A model generated the notes under the pieces. That model was not told where the DNA came from. It saw only the letters and a program-made list of their open reading frames with translations, and did no database searches. Positions 56,601 to 64,000 of a stretch of DNA of 64,000 nucleotides are shown here, piece by piece. Both the position numbers and the translations under genes were made by a program. The stretch spans positions 1 through 64,000 of the forward strand of contig NIVC01003037.1 of the NCBI GenBank assembly GCA_002269645.1, read 5' to 3'. This DNA is from Macrostomum lignano (taxonomy: Eukaryota). The stretch's first letter is position 1. Every line of letters starts with the position of its first letter.

Positions 56601-59580
56601 CAGTGAGCAGTCAGTGGGTGGTCAGTGAGCAGTCAGTGAGCAGTCAGTGGGTAGTCAGCGGGTGGTCAGTGAGCAGTCAGTGAGCAGTCAGTGAGCAGTC
56701 AGTGGGTGGTCAGTGAGCAGTCAGTGAGCAGTCAGTGAGCAGTCAGTGGGTGGTCAGTGAGCAGTCAGTGAGCAGTCAGTGAGCAGTCAGTGAGCAGTCA
56801 GTGAGCAGTCAGTGGGTGGTCAGTGAGCAGTCAGTGAGCAGTCAGTGAGCAGTCAGTGAGCAGTCAGTGACAAGCCAAAACAAAATCAAACAACAAAATC
56901 ACCTGCTCTGCAGATTTTTAATATGAGCAGCCAGCTCTTTCAGCGCCAACTCCAGCTGCTGGTCGCCGGAGCTACTAATTTGACTTTTAGCGCTAGCGAA
57001 CTCGGCGCTGTGAAAGGTGACGCAAGTTGAGGGCAGGATGGCCCGATCGTGAGTGCCAAAGAAGACAATTTCTACGCTGCCGTCCGGCCGGGTGCCAATG
57101 ACTTTGCCAGGCCACTGGGCCAGTGCCGCAGGCGGGCCCACACCAGCGGATGGGCGGTTGGGCAGAGGGAAGCAAATTTTCGTTCGCCATTCAAATAGCA
57201 GGACGGGCACTGCTCCAGACTGGCCGCCTCCCGTTTGATAGTCTGCATCAGCTGCTTGGCCGCAGCCGATATTGGCGCCTGTTTGGGGTGGTAACGGCTT
57301 TACTATACTGTAAACTGTACCTAATTACCACTAAACTGTACCTAAGTACAACTTAACTGTACCTAAATACCATTAAACTGTACCTAATTACCATTAAACT
57401 GTACCTAAGTACCACTAAACTGTACCTAATTACCAATAAATTGTACTTAAACACCATTAAACTATATAATTACCATTAAACTTTACCTACTTGCACTCAA
57501 TGTTGAACCCAACCGCACTCAAAGCCGTACCTAATTGCACTTAAAGTTGTAGCTAATTGGCATTTAATTTGCGCCTAATTGCATTCAATCTGTACCTAAT
57601 TGTACTCCAATCTGTACCTAATTGTACTCCAATCTGTACCTAATTGTACTCCAATCTGTACCTAATTGTACTCCAATCTGTACCTAATTGTACTCCAATC
57701 TGTACCTAATTGTACTCCAATCTGTACCTAATTGTACTCCAATCTGTACCTAATTGTACTCCAATCTGTACCTAATTGTACTCCAATCTGTACCTAATTG
57801 TACTCCAATCTGTACCTAATTGTACTCCAATCTGTACCTAATTGTACTCCAATCTGTACCTAATTGTACTCCAATCTGTACCTAATTGTACTCCAATCTG
57901 TACCTCATGGACCCAGCTGTACACAATTACAAGATGTAGCCAAGTCGCAAACAAACCTGCGATCCATTATAAACGATACAATTATGCAACAGCCACTTGG
58001 CTTCGGACAGAAATGCTTCAACGCTAGAAAACTCTTTTTGCAAAGCCCTAGACCGCAGACTAGACAGGTCCAGTGGATGACAGACAAACGCGGCATAGTC
58101 AGGCGCTACATCAGAGGACACTGGCTCGCGGAATGGCATAGACTTCGGCTGAGCAGATATTGTCTCGCACAACAGGCCAAGAGCATCGGCTAATTGATTA
58201 AGTCGTTCCTCGGCGTCAGGCCGATTAGCTAACGCTGTTTCCAGGGCTAGCGATTGAGAACAATCTGCGCACACTATAGCGCTACTACTATTAGTAGCGG
58301 CAGTTGAAGACGAGGAACTACTACCGGAGACTGCCGTTGCTTCATCAATCGCCGGCGATGCTGGATTAATAATTGTGCTCGAACCGCCTGGCGAGCAGCG
58401 CTGATGAAACACCCGAGGACAGGCGGCGCAGTGGATGGCGCCGCTGCCGCCGCTGGCGCCGCCGCCAAACCGGCATTCCCTGTGACAGCGCCAGCAGAAC
58501 CGATCGCTACCAGATTTATTAAAGCCCGTAGTCGCCAATTTGTCTTTATTGTTGTCGTCAGCTGATTGACGCCTCGGCCGTTTGCCGCCATTCAGACTGC
58601 CAATTGAGCTGCGCTTCCTGCCCGCTCCGCGACTCCTGCCCGGTTCGTCATCAAAAGCGTCGGGGGCTTCTTCTTCATCGCCTGTGCCGTCAGCGGCGCA
58701 TCGGTCTTCGTCCATATTATCGTTATTGTCGTTAGTAGTTTTATTACTGTTACCAGGACTGTCGCTATTATTATGATTATCATTACTGTTGTTATTGTTG
58801 TTATTCGTGGATTGATCTTTCTTATCGGCTTCTTCATCAGCTGACGCCGCAGCTTCCTCAGATTCGTCTGCATCGACAGTCGGATCAGCTGGCGACTCGC
58901 GATGATCGGAGTAGCCGGCCTTTGGCGAAACGGCTAGCGGGTATGGAGAATTTTACAATAGCTGATTACGCAACATATAGCGAGTCTTTTATGTGCGACA
59001 GGTGGGGTCAGCCAGAAAGTGAGTCAGTGAATCAGTGGTGAGTCAGTCAATAAGTGAGTGAGTCAGTGAATCAGTGAGTAAGTCAGTGAATCAGTGGTGA
59101 GTCTGTCAGTGAATAAGTGGTGAGTCTGTCAGTGAATAAGTGGGTGAGTAAGTGAATCAGTGAGTTAGTGAGTCAATGAGTGAATCAGTGGATTAGTAAG
59201 TGAGTCAGTGAATCAATTAGTGAGTCAGTAAATCAATGGGTGAGTCAGTGAGTAAGTCACAGAAAAAGTGAGTAAGTCAGTGAATCAATTAGTCAGTCAG
59301 TAAATCAATGGGTGAGTCAGTGAATCATTGATTGAGTCGGGAAGTTAGTTATTGAGTCAGTGGGTCCATCAGTCATTTAATGACAGTAAGTAGTTGGTCG
59401 CGAGATATATAAAATTTAAACAAATAATCGCAACGGGATTGACAAACCAGCCTCACCAGGAGCAGCTGCATCCTGGCCTAACGAAACTGCATCCTCAGCT
59501 TCCATCGGTTCGTCAGGTATTGAGTCGCCGTTCTCCTTAGATACGTCGGCGTCAGTGAAAGCACCGGCAGAGTCTGACAT
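53681..59580 (-). CDS. ZMYND8: ZMYND8/PRKCBP1/RACK7 chromatin reader (PHD-bromo-PWWP...MYND). Exons approx. 59580-59457, 58933-57957, 57278-56903, 55934-55606, 54821-54660, 54477-53681; -1 frameshift at 57117-57119
   Basis: PHD FCWRCHRE...CAACPRVFHQRC; bromo PDYAAFVCHPLDL...KWLLHNCIVYNG; PWWP HPLVWARLRHWP(Q)WPGK...[52 protein letters not shown], diagnostic of ZMYND8. The structure between 54660 and 54477 is tentative. Confidence 0.9.
54900..55590. repeat. Minisatellite, 20-bp unit, ~33 copies, ZMYND8 intron 4
   Basis: AACTAA(A/T)AGTGGCG(C/A)CTT(C/T)(T/C) repeated. Confidence 0.95.
55990..56870. repeat. Minisatellite, 11-bp unit, ~75 copies, ZMYND8 intron 3
   Basis: CAGTGAGCAGT / CAGTGGGTGGT repeated. 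Confidence 0.96.
57300..57905. repeat. Two related minisatellites (21-bp degenerate, then 22-bp x ~14), ZMYND8 intron 2
   Basis: AAACTGTACCTAATTACCACT, then TCCAATCTGTACCTAATTGTAC repeated. Confidence 0.95.
59015..59375. repeat. Degenerate GTGAGTCAGTGAATCA repeat, ZMYND8 intron 1
   Basis: Low-complexity AGTG/AGTC array. Confidence 0.85.
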
Positions 59581-60640
59581 CTGGTTCAGTATTATTTCAA
59601 TGATATTCTACTAGTTCAATTATAATAAACTTTTGTTTAAAGAATTTCTGAAATAAAGATTAGTTTTAGAGACAAAGTTATTTTAATTATGCTATTTTTA
59701 CTTGAGGTAGCCATTTATACATTACTACCACTGCACATTGGCACAGGGTCTTAGGCGATTTGATAGTCCCACAAACGGTCCAAAAGAGACTGAGGCAATT
59801 CTGCCCAGTCCGATGACTCCCGTCCTCATGGGCTATAGATATTGCAGTTAAATAACAGAAAGGAATGCAAAAATAATTATGATGCTGCTCAAATTAACAA
59901 TGTATTTAATTGATTTGAATTAAACAAAGACTAAACAATAAAAACAATAAAAATGATAAAAAAAACTGTTTAAACAGAATGTAAAAGCAGAAACAGAATG
60001 ATCGATTGTGGTAAATGTTGGGCATTAGCATGGATACTGGGAAGTGGCAGTGGCATATATTGAATCAGTAAATCATCTATATCATCTGTATATGCACTAT
60101 TTGAGAACAGAAATAGAGCAAATCCAGCCCACTAAAGGTTTGTATCTCTTCTCATCTCTGCTCTCATTTGATTTCTTATCTTATCTCTTGATTTAAAAGA
60201 AGTTTCAAACTAGCAAACACTAGCAAACTAGCGGGATTCGCCATTCTGTGTATATTCTGTGGGTTACAGTGCGCAATATAAATATTTATGCATATATATT
60301 AATGCGCAATTGAGAAGCGCACAAGTTATTAATTATACCTCGTACACAAACAACCGCACACAGATTTAGTTGGGAGAAAAGAATCCGACAAAAACATATG
60401 AAAAATCCAATGGGTCAAAAGATCAAATATTCGAGATATTCGAAAAAAAACGATGCTTTTTAATGCTTTCAATGTTTGAATATCGATTTTTATTTATTTT
60501 TTGTGGCTTAGTTTGATGTTAAATTGATTATATCAGTATAAATTAACAAAAACATTAACAACACTTATAAAGCTTAAGTTTTCCAGTTTGTTTTCCAGCC
60601 GTCCTTGATAAACAGTGCCATTTGGAATGGAAACTTCATT

Positions 60641-63125
60641 TCAAGCGCTAGACTTTGCTAGTTTATCACTAGAGTTGCAGTCGTCATAATTATTGCCATG
60701 AATTCCTTCAGCGCTGACGCCTGATCCGTCCTTCATCTTATTCAGCGAGGCTGTCAGCGCGTTCAAACGTTCATCAGCTTCGTTTAGATGAGTAGCTAGC
60801 ATCTCTTGTCGTTTAACAATGGTATAACCAAACGAAGCCAGCAGTATGATTACATTGCTCAGCCACCACAATGCTGTTTTAATCTCAGCAAATACAAGAT
60901 AGCCCAGTACAGTTTGAGCACAGGCTTTAGCCGTACCGCTCACATTATGAGTCAGCGGGCTGGTGTACTGAATCTGCAAGCCGGTCACGTAGCCAATGGC
61001 AAAGCCCAGAACACCGGAGCCCAATAGTACAAAGAGTAAATTTACTCTGCCTGACCGAGGAAACTCCATCACGTGACCAATATCGCTAGTAAATAATAAT
61101 ACGGGCAGGAATGCAAAGCTGGCATTGAAATTATTATATAGACTCAGCTTCCAAATGCTATTATCCACTGTTGGCAGAACCTTCTTAGTGTAGATCGCAT
61201 TCAGAGCTACAAATAGCGAGGCTAATAGGCCATAAATCACTCCGGACACGGAGAGAGAACCTGAAATTTATTTTATAAAATAACAAGCATTTATAAATAT
61301 CTGCTCAGGCGTAAAAGTGATTTACTGTGCGGGAATATTTCTACAAAAGAACATCTGGTATGCAATTTTTGAAATTAGAATAATTGTAGCCGGATTGCGC
61401 CAAAAAATATAATTGATGACGAAACTGAAACAAAGAAGCAGGCAATTGCAGAGATTGGAAGAGCTATTTCCAGTGAAAATAAAGGAAATTGTGCAGTGAT
61501 GGCTCATTTGGTATTGGCCTGGACGCTTACAAAGAAATAACAGAGATAGAACTGAAATGGCCAATGACAGTGGCCAATTTCTAGGAATAAAGGAGGCTGA
61601 TTTCTAGGAATAAGGGAGGCTGATATCTAGGAATAACGGAGACTGGTTTCTAGGAATAACGGAGGCTGATTTCTAGGAATAACGGAGGCTGATTTCTAGG
61701 AATAACGGAGACTGGTTTCTAGGAATAACGGAGGCTGATTTCTAGGAATAAGGGAGGCTGATTTCTAAGAATAAAGGAGGCTGATTTCTAGGAATAACGG
61801 AGGCTGATTTCTAGGAATAAGGGAGGCTTATTTCTAGGAATAACGGAGGCTGATTTCTAGGAATAACGGAGGCTGATTTCTAGGAATAACGGAGGCTGAT
61901 TTCTAGGAATAAGGGAGGCTGATTTCTAGGAATAACGGAGGTTGATTTCTAGGAATAATGAACCTTGCTGCTTTCTAGGAATAATGGAGGCCGATTTCTA
62001 GGAATAACGGATGCTAGTTTTGCAAACAGTTATAGGCATGAAAAAGGATAACGGCCTATGGAAAAATGAAAATAAAAAATTATGTCTAATATAGCCAAAC
62101 GAAAACTAAATCGCTCACCAGCTAATTTCTCTTGGTCAAGACCGAGTAGAAAGCCAAACACGATGAACCCGCAGCAGATCCAAGCTTTGAGAGAAGTAAC
62201 CTGGCCCAAAATAGCGTATGACAGTAACGCGTTGAATACTGTGGTGAACGATCGGCCAGCATAATAGAAACTGATGCCAACGTCTTTCAGGCACAGGTTA
62301 TTAAATGTTACCATGCACACGAAAACCAGAGACAGTGGCGCCACGTCGCGACAAACTCGCGGATCGATCTGTTTATGAAATTGTTCAATTTATGGGTAAT
62401 ACTCGAATATATATTATACTCTTATATCCCATTTAGCCTTCTGTATACCATTCTCTCATCTCACCATAACTCTAAACCGCATCTGTTTTTATCCCCACCT
62501 GAATCTATTCTATCTGTACCTAAATCTCACCTATTCTATCTCTACCTGAATCTCATCTATTCTATTACCTGAATTTCATGATTCTCATCTATTCTATATC
62601 TGAATCTCACCTATTATATATCTAACTGAATCTTATCTATTTTATCTCTACCTGAGTCTTATCTATTCTATCTCTACCTGAATCTCATCTATTCTATTTC
62701 TACCTGAGTCTCATATATTCTATCTCTACCTGAATCTCTTATATTCTATCTCCTGTACCTCTTCTCAATATACTAATTGGCTACTCTTATCTCACCATGC
62801 CTACTCAGTGTACAATAAAATATTTTAATGTACAATAAAAACATAATCTGCTAAAAAACCTCACCCTAATGGATGGAAAAGCAATCAGATTAGGCTTCAA
62901 ATATGATAGGCCACGAAGCAGGACGCACAGCGCCACAGACACCAGGCATTGAAACCAGGTGACAAAATATGGCGCATCAAGTTTCAATGAGCGACTACTA
63001 AGCAAGTACTTGTTGACAAAGACTAATGATATAGATACTATCCAATAGGCTGCTACAACAGTAGCAATTGTAATTGATTTGGCAGCAAATGCGCGATCCT
63101 GTAGCATTTTAGATTCTAGTCTCAT
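60641..63125 (-). CDS. SLC35C1: GDP-fucose transporter 1, 376 aa. Exons 63125-62865, 62368-62119, 61260-60641
   Basis: [20 protein letters not shown]...[12 protein letters not shown]; [25 protein letters not shown]; [27 protein letters not shown] introns with matching phases. Confidence 0.95.
61578..62010. repeat. Minisatellite, 23-bp unit, ~19 copies, SLC35C1 intron 2
   Basis: TTTCTAGGAATAA(C/G)GGAGGCTGA repeated. Confidence 0.95.
62500..62755. repeat. Degenerate ~26-bp minisatellite, SLC35C1 intron 1
   Basis: TATTCTATCTCTACCTGAATCTCATC repeated ~9 times. Confidence 0.88.
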
Positions 63126-64000
63126 TTTTATATATGCTTGCTTTTCAAGCTGATATTTTCTATATCAGCAAACAGTGATAGATGAATAGCAGCACTTTAC
63201 AGAAATTAATGTAGAGGCATTAAAAATACAACTGACATAGCCCTTACCTAAATGTAATGTTTCACAGTTTTTGCAATTAAGATTATAAGCAATAATAAAA
63301 ACATGAAAAGGATTTGCATGTAAATAAACAATATATTTCTTCGGATAAGTAGGTGATCACTAATATTTATTAATAGTTGACTTGGGTTTTATAGTTCAGT
63401 GGTGCATAACTCTAGTGGTGCATAAGAGTGCATAACTCTTGTGCCAGTGGCCCCCTTTACTTAAAGTGCAGCACATATTTATACATGTGTTGTGGCCTGC
63501 GCCACAATGACCTTCTCATCAACCTGTTTTTTTTTGGTGCATGCAAACCGCCTGGTCTGCCGGCCAAGCTGGTTTGAGTTGGTTCAGCTGGCTTTGGTTT
63601 TAGGCAGCTGGCGTGTGCTTTGATTGGCTGGCTGGGCCGGCAGACCCTCGCTTTTCTACCCCCCTCGTTTGTAAAGCCTTACCCAGTGCGTGTTTTGATT
63701 GGCTGGGCTAGGGTGGGGTGCTTGCGGGGTTCTATTGTGTGAGTATTTGCCCTCAGGCCGGTTTGGCCCACTCCCCCATTTTTTGGCATACTATTTATTA
63801 GCTGGCTTGGAGCCAGCTGGTGGCACCCTGCTTGGTTTTTGCGGTTAGAGCTACACCAGCAACTGAGTAAGAAAACTATCATAAAAGTACAAAACTGCAT
63901 GAGTAAACTACAGTAAACTCCAGTAAACTATCGGAACAATTCGTAGCAAGCTAATCCGTGCCACCCGCCGTCTCTGAGCTGCCAGAACAGTATGGCCAAA

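Overview
Eukaryotic (metazoan) genomic DNA. There are GT-AG introns throughout, and no prokaryotic features, CRISPR arrays, rRNA genes or true tRNA genes. The minisatellite-filled introns and poly-Q/A/S tracts resemble a Macrostomum-like flatworm, but this is inference only. Ten protein-coding loci can be read, all on the minus strand: an M13/neprilysin-type metallopeptidase (4144-6340), four secreted PAN/apple-like + C-type-lectin paralogs (7440-8264, frameshifted; 9014-9846; 12790-13518; 41330-42076), importin-11 (22357-27525), IFT43 (28767-37976), a RUN-PDZ-PTB protein (45770-49148), ZMYND8/RACK7 (53681-59580) and the GDP-fucose transporter SLC35C1 (60641-63125). The rest is mainly tandem repeats, non-autonomous Helitron-like elements, two hAT-type MITEs with 8-bp TSDs and a CORE-SINE. 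The most striking signal is the lectin family. A 185-nt intra-exonic core is 97-99% identical in all four paralogs, even 34 kb apart, while the N-terminal and lectin modules on either side are swapped or highly divergent. This suggests a combinatorial, gene-conversion/recombination-diversified lectin repertoire. Three single-base frameshifts in short homopolymers (M13, RUN-PDZ-PTB, ZMYND8) may be assembly errors. All alignments and counts were done by eye.
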